Source: a bacterium (GTDB taxonomy: Bacteria > Patescibacteriota > Minisyncoccia > Minisyncoccales > CG1-02-41-26). From it: DNA of 64,000 nucleotides. Made by a program: the position numbers and the translations under genes. Below are positions 17,757 through 26,665 of the stretch, one piece after another. A model generated the notes under the pieces. It was not told the DNA's origin. It made no database searches and worked only from the letters and a program-made list of their open reading frames with translations. The DNA is taken from positions 30,645 through 94,644 of the forward strand of contig JAUVXX010000003.1 in NCBI GenBank assembly GCA_030603395.1, read 5' to 3'. Each line of letters begins with the position of its first letter. Positions within the stretch are counted from its first letter, which is position 1.

Positions 17757-18332
17757 ATGAATGAGTTATATATTATTTTTGAGGGTAGTATTGATTTAGA
17801 TTCTGCTAAAAAATTATATAATTCTCTTTCATCTGTCGACCCTCAAAAACATAAGAGAATAAACTTAATTTTTTCTTCTAGTGGTGGTAATATATATTTA
17901 GGATTTTTCTTGGCAAATGTAATCCAAAATTTTAAAATTCCTATAAGGATTCACGCAAATAATCGTATAGATTCTATTGCCAATATCATTTATTTGTCTG
18001 CTAAAGAAAGGACTGCAGAGGCATATGCAAGATTCTATTTACACGGAGCATCTGCCACTATTATAGAGGGATACAAAAAAGACTTTGAAGAAGGGGTTAA
18101 TTCACTAAAAGTTGAAAATGAACGCATAGCTCAATATATAGCCGACAACACAGGCCTTTCTATTGATGATGTCTCCAAAATTATGGAAGGAAGAGGTAGC
18201 AAATCTGCACAAGAGGCATTAGGATATGGTATAGTTAAATCAATTGGGCATTTAGAAATTCCACCACATCTAACAGATAGAATAGAAATTCCCTATATAG
18301 TAGTTAAAAATGAAAAAAATAAGAATGCTTAA
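17757..18332 (+). CDS. Clp-fold (S14/S49-like) serine protease paralog
   Basis: 191 aa. NLIFSSSGGNIYLG, RIDSIANIIYL and FYLHG are collinear with the partial protein at 1-476 (SSPGG / GHSMA / LLHS). Confidence 0.6.
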   Translation: MNELYIIFEGSIDLDSAKKLYNSLSSVDPQKHKRINLIFSSSGGNIYLGFFLANVIQNFKIPIRIHANNRIDSIANIIYLSAKERTAEAYARFYLHGASATIIEGYKKDFEEGVNSLKVENERIAQYIADNTGLSIDDVSKIMEGRGSKSAQEALGYGIVKSIGHLEIPPHLTDRIEIPYIVVKNEKNKNA

Positions 18333-18588
18333 AGAAGAACTAAAAGAATATATCATAAAAGAACTTGAACAAATGGGGTGTAGAAATATTGAGTTTTCAA
18401 ATGGAGAAGACAATCTTGCAATTGTATTTTTTGATTGTGATAATCTAATTAGTTTTAGGAAAGAAATACCAGACTGGGAAAATTCTGGTATTCAACTTAA
18501 CACAGAAAGCGAAGAGGTAGAAGAGAAGGGAAGAGGAAGAAAATATAAAATCGAGTTTAAAAAAATATCCACCAATCCTGCATCCTAA
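18310..18588 (+). CDS. Hypothetical protein, translationally coupled to the Clp-fold protease
   Basis: 92-aa ORF overlapping the upstream gene by 23 nt. No recognisable motif. Confidence 0.45.
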   Translation: MKKIRMLKEELKEYIIKELEQMGCRNIEFSNGEDNLAIVFFDCDNLISFRKEIPDWENSGIQLNTESEEVEEKGRGRKYKIEFKKISTNPAS

Positions 18589-18620
18589 GTTATTTTTATA
18601 ATTAATTAAAATAAAAAATT

Positions 18621-18641
18621 GCCCAGCAGATGGGCTTTTTT
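18621..18641 (+). terminator. Rho-independent terminator
   Basis: gccca-gcaga-tgggc hairpin followed by tttttt. Confidence 0.55.
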
Positions 18642-18719
18642 CTCTTGATTTTGTTTTAAGGTAGAGCTATCTTGAAAGTAGATAAATCAATTTCTTAAAA
18701 AGCATAAGACGAAATAATT

Positions 18720-19373
18720 ATGAGTTGGAATAATTTGTCAAAAATCCCTAATTTCCTGCTTGGGGTATGGTACAAAAGAGAGTGGCGGATGACATTGCTA
18801 TTGTTATTATTGGCTTTCGTGCTTTTTCTTTTTCAAATAGAGAAGTACTGGAACATTCTAAATGTAAATAAGGAAGTCGGATTGATGCTCCTTCCGTTTC
18901 TCATCGCCTTTACTGCGGTGGTGTGGAAAGCAGACAAGAAAGGGATAATCATTGCTTCCCTAGGCATTGTTTTTCTTGTTTTGTTTTTCTTCATCCAAGA
19001 ATTTGATAAAAACAATAAAAAATTTGACGATTTTAAATTTGTTAATACCTATAACTGTATAACAACGGAAGGTTACAGTAAAGGTATATCATCCGGAAAA
19101 TATCCAGTAACATATCTTGACTCAACTTTTTACAAAGAAAATTTCAGTTTCATCAGATTAAAATTTGGGGACCCAATCGCTAAAACTGTTTTTGGTCTTA
19201 TATCTAATATAAATTATGTTAATTCGTTTATAAGTACTCTTGAAGCGGCTAATAGAAGTGGTCTAGTTGAGGTCAACAAAGGAGAAACCAGAAGTTGGCT
19301 ACAAGAAGCGGCTAATGATATAAAAGATGTTATTTGTAATCTTCCACAATTACCACCACCAAAAACTGATTAA
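18720..19373 (+). CDS. Hypothetical membrane protein (3 TM plus soluble C-terminal domain)
   Basis: 217-aa ORF with N-terminal hydrophobic segments. Confidence 0.45.
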   Translation: MSWNNLSKIPNFLLGVWYKREWRMTLLLLLLAFVLFLFQIEKYWNILNVNKEVGLMLLPFLIAFTAVVWKADKKGIIIASLGIVFLVLFFFIQEFDKNNKKFDDFKFVNTYNCITTEGYSKGISSGKYPVTYLDSTFYKENFSFIRLKFGDPIAKTVFGLISNINYVNSFISTLEAANRSGLVEVNKGETRSWLQEAANDIKDVICNLPQLPPPKTD

Positions 19374-19412
19374 GTTATAAAAAAACTGAAAAAGATTTTA
19401 AGAAATAAATCT

Positions 19413-19814
19413 ATGAAAAACAATAAAAATATCATTATAATTTTACTTGTGATATTGCTTGGTATATCAGTATATTTCAATTTTTCATTGAATAATAATC
19501 GCTTGAGTGTAGCGGATGAAACACTAAAATGTATTGAGTTATGGGAAAAGAAAAAAGATAGGTTGTTTGGCTACGAAATCGGAAATTATAGAGTAATTTG
19601 GAATAAAAATTTAAATACTTGTTTAGCTGGTAATATTTATGATGAGTATATGAATACTGGCGAGGGTGATGAATATTTTATATTTGTTATTGATTTAATA
19701 ACCGATGAAGTTCTTTTATCTTATTTAACACACGGTGATGAAATGGAAGATAACGGGTTAACTTGGGAAAATGCTATTAAACAATACGAAAATTTTGGAT
19801 TAAGGGTATTTTAG
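19413..19814 (+). CDS. Hypothetical membrane-anchored/secreted protein
   Basis: 133-aa ORF with an N-terminal TM/signal anchor. Confidence 0.45.
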   Translation: MKNNKNIIIILLVILLGISVYFNFSLNNNRLSVADETLKCIELWEKKKDRLFGYEIGNYRVIWNKNLNTCLAGNIYDEYMNTGEGDEYFIFVIDLITDEVLLSYLTHGDEMEDNGLTWENAIKQYENFGLRVF

Positions 19815-19900
19815 AATGAAAAACTATGAAAGAAAAAATTAAGAAAAATAAACCAAAATGTTTGAAATAAAAAAATCAGAGAAACAAAGACAAAGCAAAA

Positions 19901-20473
19901 ATGAAATTATTTAAATCAAAAGAAAAAAAGGCGAGAGGAGAATCACCACAAACCACATCTTTAAGCGACCAAGAAAGACGAAAAATTGAAGAAGAAGCAA
20001 AGCTAAGAGCAAAATTAAGAGAAAAGGAAGAAAAACGGAAGCAATCAAAAAAAGCTGTAGGTTGCTTAGTGGTTTTTTTGGTTATTTTTATCTTCATTAT
20101 TGTTCTTATCGCCATTTCCGGTGATAGTAGAAATTCATCACCAACCACCCAACCCGCCACTCGTTCCCAAACTCTCGGAGTAGGTGAAGATGGTATCGTT
20201 AATAATAATTCTGATAAAAATGACACTTCTGGGATTGCCATTTTAGCTGTAAGTGAATTTTACTTTGACGAATTCACCCAGCTTTCAATAGCAAGAGATG
20301 AGATTGGGTTTCGTAAAATGGTTAGCGAAGGAAAACTTTTTACTGTTAAAAACGGAACAGCAGTAAAGGTAATTGATTTAAAGTTTCTGGGCAAGACGAA
20401 GGTGAGGATTCTTGAAGGAGATTATCTTGGTGAATCAGGGTGGATTGCCTCTGAATTTGTTTTGCCAAAATAA
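19901..20473 (+). CDS. Hypothetical single-pass membrane protein with SH3-like C-terminal domain
   Basis: 190 aa with a charged coiled N-terminus, one TM segment and a Ser/Thr-rich linker. The C-terminal FTVKNGTAVKVIDL...VRILEGDYLGESGWIASEFV resembles bacterial SH3-type folds. Confidence 0.4.
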   Translation: MKLFKSKEKKARGESPQTTSLSDQERRKIEEEAKLRAKLREKEEKRKQSKKAVGCLVVFLVIFIFIIVLIAISGDSRNSSPTTQPATRSQTLGVGEDGIVNNNSDKNDTSGIAILAVSEFYFDEFTQLSIARDEIGFRKMVSEGKLFTVKNGTAVKVIDLKFLGKTKVRILEGDYLGESGWIASEFVLPK

Positions 20474-20563
20474 AGAAAAAGAAGATTTGTATTAAAACCA
20501 GTGGTCAAGTCAAAAACCCACCATCTTAAAATTGGATGGAAGAAATATGAAATTGAATTGTAA

Positions 20564-20713
20564 ATGATAAAGCAGGGGAAGTTTCTTTGGCTGATTCTCG
20601 CCCTTTTATTTCTAACCAATATCTTTGTCTGGCAGAAAACTTTTGACTTGACCAACCCCAAACTGGAGGTGGTCTTTTTTGATGTTGGCCAGGGAGACGC
20701 TATCTTTATTGAA
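20564..20713 (+). repeat. Right copy of the 150-bp direct repeat (5' end of the intact ComEC-type MBL gene)
   Basis: Aligned by eye to 17421-17570. Confidence 0.85.
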
Positions 20714-21442
20714 ACGCCCCAAGGACATCAAATTCTCATTGACGGGGGGCCAAACAAGAAAATTTTGGAGAAATTATCAGAAGAAATGCCTTTCTGGGAC
20801 AATTCATTGGATTTGGTAATTCTAACTCATCCTGAAAAAGACCATGTCGGAGGCCTTAATTATGTTTTAAGGAGATATAAAGTGGAAAATATTTTATGGA
20901 CCGGAGTTCTACGGGATACTAAAACCTTTGAATATTGGCAGGAAAATTTAGCCAATGAAAAAGCAAATGAAATAATAGCTGAAGAGGGGCAGAGAATTAA
21001 AGCAGGCGAGGTGCAAATTTCTATTTTCTACCCCCTTGAGAATTTGGCTAAGAAAGAGTATAAGAACAGCAACGATACTTCAATAATTGCCCGATTAATC
21101 TTTGAGAAAAACTCTTTTCTTTTTGCCGGTGATGCAACGAAAAAAACGGAAAAAGAACTTTTAGCTCAGGAATTTAATCTTAATTCCGATGTATTAAAAG
21201 TTGGCCATCACGGCAGCAAAACCTCAAGTTCTGGAGAATTTTTAGAAAACGTTTCACCTAAGATTGCCGTAATTTCTTGCGGCAGAAACAATCCTTATGG
21301 CCATCCGCACGAACAGGTCTTGCGAAATCTTGAGAATCTTGCTATAAAGGTGCTAAGAACCGACCAACACGGTGATATTAAAATAATTAGCGACGGCAAA
21401 AGCATAAAGTTCTATGGAGGACATCCAATTTCCAATTTTTAA
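20564..21442 (+). CDS. ComEC/Rec2-related metallo-beta-lactamase-fold hydrolase (stand-alone MBL domain with TM anchor)
   Basis: VVFFDVGQGDAIFIETP...ILIDGG and LTHPEKDHVGG (HxxxDH) motifs, followed by LKVGHHGSKTSS. Confidence 0.8.
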   Translation: MIKQGKFLWLILALLFLTNIFVWQKTFDLTNPKLEVVFFDVGQGDAIFIETPQGHQILIDGGPNKKILEKLSEEMPFWDNSLDLVILTHPEKDHVGGLNYVLRRYKVENILWTGVLRDTKTFEYWQENLANEKANEIIAEEGQRIKAGEVQISIFYPLENLAKKEYKNSNDTSIIARLIFEKNSFLFAGDATKKTEKELLAQEFNLNSDVLKVGHHGSKTSSSGEFLENVSPKIAVISCGRNNPYGHPHEQVLRNLENLAIKVLRTDQHGDIKIISDGKSIKFYGGHPISNF

Positions 21443-22487
21443 AACAAAAATTAAAGGCGTTTCTCAAAAATTTGATTTAACTGATTTTAATCAAAGAAAG
21501 GCCTATTTTGAGTTGAAGGCAGGGCGGGAAATTAACAAGTTAAGGGAATATTTAAAAGAGAACAGTTTCATTGCCTATCTTTTAGGTAAAAAGAATTCTG
21601 GCAAGGGCACTTATGCTAAGATGTTCCAGGAGGTGGTAGACAAAGCTCGAGTGGAGCATTTTTCCATTGGCGATATGGTCAGAAAACTTGATGAGGTTGT
21701 CCGAAACAAGAAGAGAAGAAAAGAGTTGATTTCTTTCTTGGAAAAAAATTACCGCGGCTATTCATCTCTCCGAGATATAATTTCTGCCCTGGAAAAAAGA
21801 AGCACCAAAACTCTTCTGTCCTCCGAATTGATTTTAGCTTTGGTGAAAATGGAGATAGCCAAAAAGAGTAAAAAAGCCCTTTTTATTGATGGTTTTCCCA
21901 GGGACTTGGACCAGATTTCTTATTCCCTGTTCTTCCGCGACCTGGTTGGCTACCGGGATGACCCTGATATTTTTGTGCTGATTGACGTTCCAAAAGCCGT
22001 CATTGATGAGAGAATGAAATGTAGAAGGGTTTGTCCTCTCTGTCAGACCTCAAGAAACCTTAAAGTACTTGCTACAAAAAAAGTAGAATATGACCAAAGG
22101 GAGAAAAAATTCCATCTTATCTGCGACAATTCAGAATGCCGGGGGACGAGGATGGTCAGCAAAGAGGGCGATGAATTTGGCATAGAGCCAATTAAGGAGA
22201 GATTAGAAATAGATGAACAATTAATAAAAAAAGCTTTTTCTCTTTATGGTATCCCCAAAATTCTTTTAAGAAATGCTATTCCGGTAAAGAAAGCAAAAGA
22301 ATTTCTTGACGACTATGAGATTACCCCGGAATACAGCTATCAGTGGTCAGAGAAAGAGAGAAAAGTGAAAATAATTGAAAAGCCATGGCAAATTCTTGAT
22401 GACCAAAGGATTCCTTCCTATAGCTTGCTGGCTCCACCGGTAGTCGTTTCTTTGATTAAACAAATGGTAAAGGTGCTGGGGCTTTAA
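21414..22487 (+). CDS. Elongated adenylate-kinase-like (NMP kinase) paralog
   Basis: P-loop-like LLGKKNSGKGTYA, FSIGDMVR, FIDGFPRDLDQ, and a zinc lid (RVCPLC...CDNSECRG). N- and C-terminal extensions bring it to 357 aa. Confidence 0.55.
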   Translation: MEDIQFPIFKTKIKGVSQKFDLTDFNQRKAYFELKAGREINKLREYLKENSFIAYLLGKKNSGKGTYAKMFQEVVDKARVEHFSIGDMVRKLDEVVRNKKRRKELISFLEKNYRGYSSLRDIISALEKRSTKTLLSSELILALVKMEIAKKSKKALFIDGFPRDLDQISYSLFFRDLVGYRDDPDIFVLIDVPKAVIDERMKCRRVCPLCQTSRNLKVLATKKVEYDQREKKFHLICDNSECRGTRMVSKEGDEFGIEPIKERLEIDEQLIKKAFSLYGIPKILLRNAIPVKKAKEFLDDYEITPEYSYQWSEKERKVKIIEKPWQILDDQRIPSYSLLAPPVVVSLIKQMVKVLGL

Positions 22488-22489
22488 GG

Positions 22490-22519
22490 TTGACAAGTCT
22501 GTTTGGGAAGTGATACAAT
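22490..22519 (+). promoter_or_regulatory. Sigma70-like promoter with extended -10 (ttgaca, 18 nt, tg-a-tacaat)
   Basis: Read directly from the sequence. It lies just after the Adk-like gene stop and precedes the structured RNA candidate. Confidence 0.55.
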
Positions 22520-22525
22520 GAAAGT

Positions 22526-22668
22526 AGCCCTGTCCCTTCCGTTTAGATTTCCGGACAAAGATTCTAAATTGGGAGTTCAAAATCTGTTAAATCATTTACT
22601 GGTTTAACGTGAGAGCACCCACCTGCAATTTTTCCGACAAATCTTGGGAAGAGCTGGGGCTTTTTTTA
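22526..22668 (+). ncRNA. Candidate structured RNA or leader upstream of nrdD (class unknown)
   Basis: A closing helix pairs 22526-22540 (agccc..cttcc) with 22647-22661 (ggaag..gggct) and ends in a T7 run. Internal hairpins are tttaga/tctaaa (22542-22568) and gttaaa/tttaac (22586-22608). A direct repeat tttccg(g)acaaa(g)at(t)ct occurs at 22548 and 22630. Confidence 0.35.
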
Positions 22669-22754
22669 TGGGACGATAATTGTGGAAAAAACCTCATCTG
22701 CCACTATTGAAATTATTTTGGTCCCGAGTTAGGATTGAGTAATATTTAATATTT

Positions 22755-24869
22755 ATGGTTAAGCCACATTTCCAAAAAGTTAAAAAAAGAGACGGCAGGA
22801 TTGTTGACTTTGACCAAGAGAAGATTACCGAAGCTGTTTTTAAAGCTTTAACTGCTACCGGGCAGGGGGATGGCAAAAAGTCAAAGAAGGTTTCTGACAG
22901 AGTCCTCAAGTTGTTAAATCGAAGATTCAAGAAGGAAGAGATTCCCACGGTTGAACAAATCCAAGATATTGTTGAAGAGGTTTTAATTTTAGAGGACTTG
23001 GTTGAAACTGCCAAGTCCTATATTTTATATAGAGAGCAGAGAAGAAAGATAAGAGAGGCGGTTTTGGTCGTTGATGAATCAACCGAGACGGTTGATAGAT
23101 ACCTTCGAGACCTTGACTGGCAAGTTCACGAAAATGCCAACATGACTTATTCTTTACAGGGATTGAATCAGTATGCCATTTCAGCAGTTGCTAAAAAATA
23201 CTGGTTAAATAAAATCTATCCAAAAGAAATCAGAGAAGCTGCCGTTAATGAAGACTTTCATATTCATGATTTAGAGAGTATCAGTACCTACTGTTGTGGG
23301 TGGGACCTTTACGATTTGTTATTGCGAGGGTTTAGGGGAGTGATAGGAAAAATAGAGGCAAGACCGGCTAAACATTTTAGAACGGCTCTTGGTCAGTTGG
23401 TTAACTTCTTCTTTACACTTCAAGGCGAGTCGGCTGGCGCGCAAGCTGTTTCAAATCTCGATACTTTATTAGCTCCTTTTATAAGATACGATAATCTGAG
23501 TTATCAGCAGGCAAAACAGGCAATGCAAGAGTTTTTGTATAACTGTATGGTGCCAACTCGGGTAGGATTTCAAACACCATTTTTAAATGTTTCCATTGAC
23601 ATTAAACCGCCAGGATTTTTAGCCAAACAACCGGTGATTATCGGAGGCAAGCCCCAAAAAGAAATTTATGGCGAATTTCAGGAAGAAATGGATATGTTTA
23701 ATCGGGCTTTTTATGAAGTATTAATGGAGGGTGACGCTAAGGGAAAACCGTTTACCTTTCCCATTCCTACGGTTTCTATTACCAAAGATTTTGATTGGGA
23801 CAACCCGGCTTTAGACCCGATGTGGGAAGCCACGGCTAAATATGGCGTGAACTATTTTTCAAACTTTGTCCAATCAGATATGAAACCGGATGACTTTAGA
23901 AGCATGTGCTGTAGGTTGAGGCTCTCAAATAAGGAACTTTATAAAAGAGGAGGAGGACTCTTTGGTTCGCAGCCCCTAACCGGAAGTATTGGGGTGGTAA
24001 CGATCAATATGTCCAGAATCGGTTATCTTTCTAAAACCAAAAAAGATTTCTTTAGAAGGTTAGCTGAGATGATGGATTTAGCCAAAGAGTCCCTGGAAAT
24101 TAAAAGAAAGGCCTTAGATAACTTTATGGAAAAAGGCCTTTATCCTTACTCAAAATATTATTTGCAAGGAGTAGAGAAAATGAGGCACTCTTATTTTGGC
24201 AATCACTTTGCAACCATTGGTTTAATAGGAGTAAATGAAGCTCTTTTGAATTTTATTGACGAAGATATTGGTTCTCCACAGGGAAGAAGATTTGCCCTTG
24301 AGATTTTAGATTTTATGCGAGAAAGATTAATTAAGTATCAAGAGGAAACCGGAAACTTATACAATCTTGAAGCTACTCCCGGGGAAGGGACGAGTTATCG
24401 TCAGGCAAAAATTGATAAAGAAAAATATCCAGATATCATCACTGCTGGAACCAAAGAAACCCCGTATTATACGAATTCGACAATGCTTCCGGTCAACTAT
24501 ACCGATGATATTTTCGAGGCCTTAGAGATCCAGGACGACTTACAATGTAAGTATACTGGTGGCACGGTTTTACATCTCTTCTTGGGTGAGAGAATCTCTG
24601 ATATTGCTACCGTTAAAAGATTGACCAAGAGAATCTTTGAGAAATTTCATTTACCTTACATTACTTTTACCCCGACTTTCTCAATTTGCCCGGTTCACGG
24701 TTATTTAACAGGGGAACATTGGACCTGTCCCAAATGCACCATTAAACAGCCCTGCGAGGTTTACTCAAGGATAGTGGGGTATCTCCGTCCGTTATCCCAA
24801 TGGCATAAAGGGAAACAGCAAGAGTACCGAGAGAGAAAAGAATTTAAAATAAAATCTAATGTAAAATAA
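22755..24869 (+). CDS. nrdD: Anaerobic ribonucleoside-triphosphate reductase (class III) with ATP-cone
   Basis: N-terminal ATP-cone (VKKRDGRIVDFDQEKI). C-terminal zinc ribbon (CPVHG...CPKC) and glycyl-radical motif (SRIVGYLRP). Confidence 0.9.
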   Translation: MVKPHFQKVKKRDGRIVDFDQEKITEAVFKALTATGQGDGKKSKKVSDRVLKLLNRRFKKEEIPTVEQIQDIVEEVLILEDLVETAKSYILYREQRRKIREAVLVVDESTETVDRYLRDLDWQVHENANMTYSLQGLNQYAISAVAKKYWLNKIYPKEIREAAVNEDFHIHDLESISTYCCGWDLYDLLLRGFRGVIGKIEARPAKHFRTALGQLVNFFFTLQGESAGAQAVSNLDTLLAPFIRYDNLSYQQAKQAMQEFLYNCMVPTRVGFQTPFLNVSIDIKPPGFLAKQPVIIGGKPQKEIYGEFQEEMDMFNRAFYEVLMEGDAKGKPFTFPIPTVSITKDFDWDNPALDPMWEATAKYGVNYFSNFVQSDMKPDDFRSMCCRLRLSNKELYKRGGGLFGSQPLTGSIGVVTINMSRIGYLSKTKKDFFRRLAEMMDLAKESLEIKRKALDNFMEKGLYPYSKYYLQGVEKMRHSYFGNHFATIGLIGVNEALLNFIDEDIGSPQGRRFALEILDFMRERLIKYQEETGNLYNLEATPGEGTSYRQAKIDKEKYPDIITAGTKETPYYTNSTMLPVNYTDDIFEALEIQDDLQCKYTGGTVLHLFLGERISDIATVKRLTKRIFEKFHLPYITFTPTFSICPVHGYLTGEHWTCPKCTIKQPCEVYSRIVGYLRPLSQWHKGKQQEYRERKEFKIKSNVK

Positions 24870-25564
24870 TGAAAATTGGCGGTCTCCAAAAATTAACTTT
24901 AATTGATTTTCCCGGCAGAATATCTTGTACGGTTTTTTGTCTTGGCTGTTCTTTCCGCTGCCCTTTCTGCTACAACCCAGAGCTGGTTTTGCCCGAGAAA
25001 ATGGAAAAACAGCCCCAGATTGCCGAGAGAGATTTTTTTGATTTTTTGAAAGAGAGAAAGGAACTTTTAGAGGGAGTTTGTGTTGGGGGCGGGGAGCCAA
25101 CAGTGAACGAAGACTTACCGGCTTTTACGAAAAAAATAAAGAAACTGGGCTTTTTAGTGAAGCTTGACACCAATGGTTCTAATCCCAAAATGTTAAAAAA
25201 GCTGATTGATAAAAAATTGGTAGATTATGTAGCCATGGACATCAAAGCCCCCAAGGGAAGCTATCGAAAATTGACAGGGGGATTAATAGATATCAAAGAC
25301 ATTGAAAAGAGTATAGAGATTTTAAAACAAAATAAAATTGACCATGAGTTCCGAACCACGATAACCCCGACTCTCTTAGAAAAAGAGGATATTGTAAAAA
25401 TTGCTAAGTGGCTCTCCCCGGCCAAAAAATACTTCTTACAAAATTTCCGGTCTGAAAAAACAATTGACCCGGAACTTGAGAAGATAAAACCTTATTCGGA
25501 TGATTATTTATCCGAGTGCTGCCAAGCAGTTTCACCCTTTTTCGAAACTTGCCAAGTAAGATAA
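24869..25564 (+). CDS. nrdG: Anaerobic RNR activating radical-SAM protein
   Basis: CSFRCPFCYN radical-SAM cluster motif and GGEPT. Lies immediately after nrdD. Confidence 0.9.
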   Translation: MKIGGLQKLTLIDFPGRISCTVFCLGCSFRCPFCYNPELVLPEKMEKQPQIAERDFFDFLKERKELLEGVCVGGGEPTVNEDLPAFTKKIKKLGFLVKLDTNGSNPKMLKKLIDKKLVDYVAMDIKAPKGSYRKLTGGLIDIKDIEKSIEILKQNKIDHEFRTTITPTLLEKEDIVKIAKWLSPAKKYFLQNFRSEKTIDPELEKIKPYSDDYLSECCQAVSPFFETCQVR

Positions 25565-25600
25565 CTTCCAGAGGTCGGGTCTCTGAAAACTCTCAAATTC

Positions 25601-25630
25601 AAAAACCACCTCGGAGAGAGGTGGTTTTCT
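25601..25630. terminator. Bidirectional terminator hairpin
   Basis: aaaaaccacctc-ggaga-gaggtggtttt. It lies between convergent nrdG and tRNA-Pro. Confidence 0.6.
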
Positions 25631-25631
25631 T

Positions 25632-25702
25632 TCGGGGTGCCGAGAATTGAACTCGGGTCACAGGCTCCCCGAGCCTGCATAATACCATTATACTACACCC
25701 CG
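25632..25702 (-). tRNA. tRNA-Pro (anticodon read as GGG; loop TCGGGGA with apparent C33)
   Basis: Manual cloverleaf on the reverse complement. Acceptor cggggtg/caccccg has C1-G72 and discriminator A73, typical of tRNA-Pro. Anticodon stem caggc/gcctg, T-arm cccgagttcaattctcgg. The D-arm pairing is irregular. Confidence 0.7.
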
Positions 25703-25710
25703 CAATTTGT

Positions 25711-25929
25711 TTAGGATTTAGAAATTCTCTTGATGCATTTGGTGCAAGCTAAGATTCGCTGTCCGGCAAATCTTTTGTATTTTTTGAGATTTATATTCAA
25801 AGGAATTCTAACCCATTGTAAATTGGGGTATTTTCTCCGCTTGGTGGTGGGGTTGTATTTTCCTCGGAGCTTTTTTCTTTGGCCAAAAACCCGAGACCCT
25901 TTTTTGCATATTGCACACTTTTTTGCCAT
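25711..25929 (-). CDS. rpmB: Ribosomal protein L28
   Basis: MAKKCAICKKGSRVFGQRKK...YPNLQWVRI. Start taken at the internal Met of the 79-aa ORF. Confidence 0.8.
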   Translation of the reverse strand: MAKKCAICKKGSRVFGQRKKLRGKYNPTTKRRKYPNLQWVRIPLNINLKKYKRFAGQRILACTKCIKRISKS

Positions 25930-26000
25930 AATAGTTATTATCATTTTCATTCTACTAAATCTTTTGAAATTTGCAAACTTTTATAGTATATTGAAGTTGC

Positions 26001-26621
26001 ATGCTTATCCAAATTTTATTTTTAAATCCCATACTTTATTTAATGATAGCAGTTTCCATTCTGTTAGCCTTGACTGTTCATGAATATTCCCATGCCCAAA
26101 TGGCTTATTTTTTGGGTGATTCCACTGCCAAAGATTTGGGTCGTTTGACTATAAATCCTCTCAAGCACTTAGATCCCTTTGGCACTTTTTTTCTGTTTCT
26201 CTTTGGTATTGGCTGGGGGAAACCAGTTCCTTTTAATTTCTTAAATTTACGTAACAAAAGATTTGGTCCAGCCCTGATTGCCATAGCCGGACCCGCCTCT
26301 AATTTTTCAATGGCTTTGATAGTTGGTTTCGTCTTGAGATTTTTTCCTCTTGTCAACCAAGGACTGATTTCTTTTCTTGTTATTTTCGTTTGGCTGAATG
26401 TTTTACTGGGGGTATTTAATCTAATGCCCGTTCCTCCCCTAGATGGCTCTCATATTCTTTTTTCAATTCTACCCGCTTCTTTGAATCGAATGAAGATGTC
26501 TCTTCTGGGAAGCAGTTTTATCTTGGTTTTTTTGGTAATTTTATTTATGCTCTATATTGGAATTCCCTTTATCTGCCGCCCCCTCTTTTATTTAATCACC
26601 GGAATGCCCTTCTCAATCTAA
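26001..26621 (+). CDS. Site-2 protease family (M50) membrane metalloprotease
   Basis: HEYSHA (HExxH within a TM segment) and NLMPVPPLDGSH (NxxPxxxLDG). Confidence 0.85.
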   Translation: MLIQILFLNPILYLMIAVSILLALTVHEYSHAQMAYFLGDSTAKDLGRLTINPLKHLDPFGTFFLFLFGIGWGKPVPFNFLNLRNKRFGPALIAIAGPASNFSMALIVGFVLRFFPLVNQGLISFLVIFVWLNVLLGVFNLMPVPPLDGSHILFSILPASLNRMKMSLLGSSFILVFLVILFMLYIGIPFICRPLFYLITGMPFSI

Positions 26622-26665
26622 TTATCCATTGACATTAAATTATTTTTCTGTTAAATTGTCATTTT

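Noticed and set aside
22670-22754. Possible NrdR boxes upstream of nrdD.
   Set aside because: No pair of 16-bp palindromes resembling the NrdR consensus could be found by eye. ccactattgaaattattttggt is not palindromic.
25730-26083. A 117-aa plus-strand ORF antisense to rpmB.
   Set aside because: It is antisense to a clearly conserved L28 gene and has no motif, so it is a spurious AT-rich ORF.
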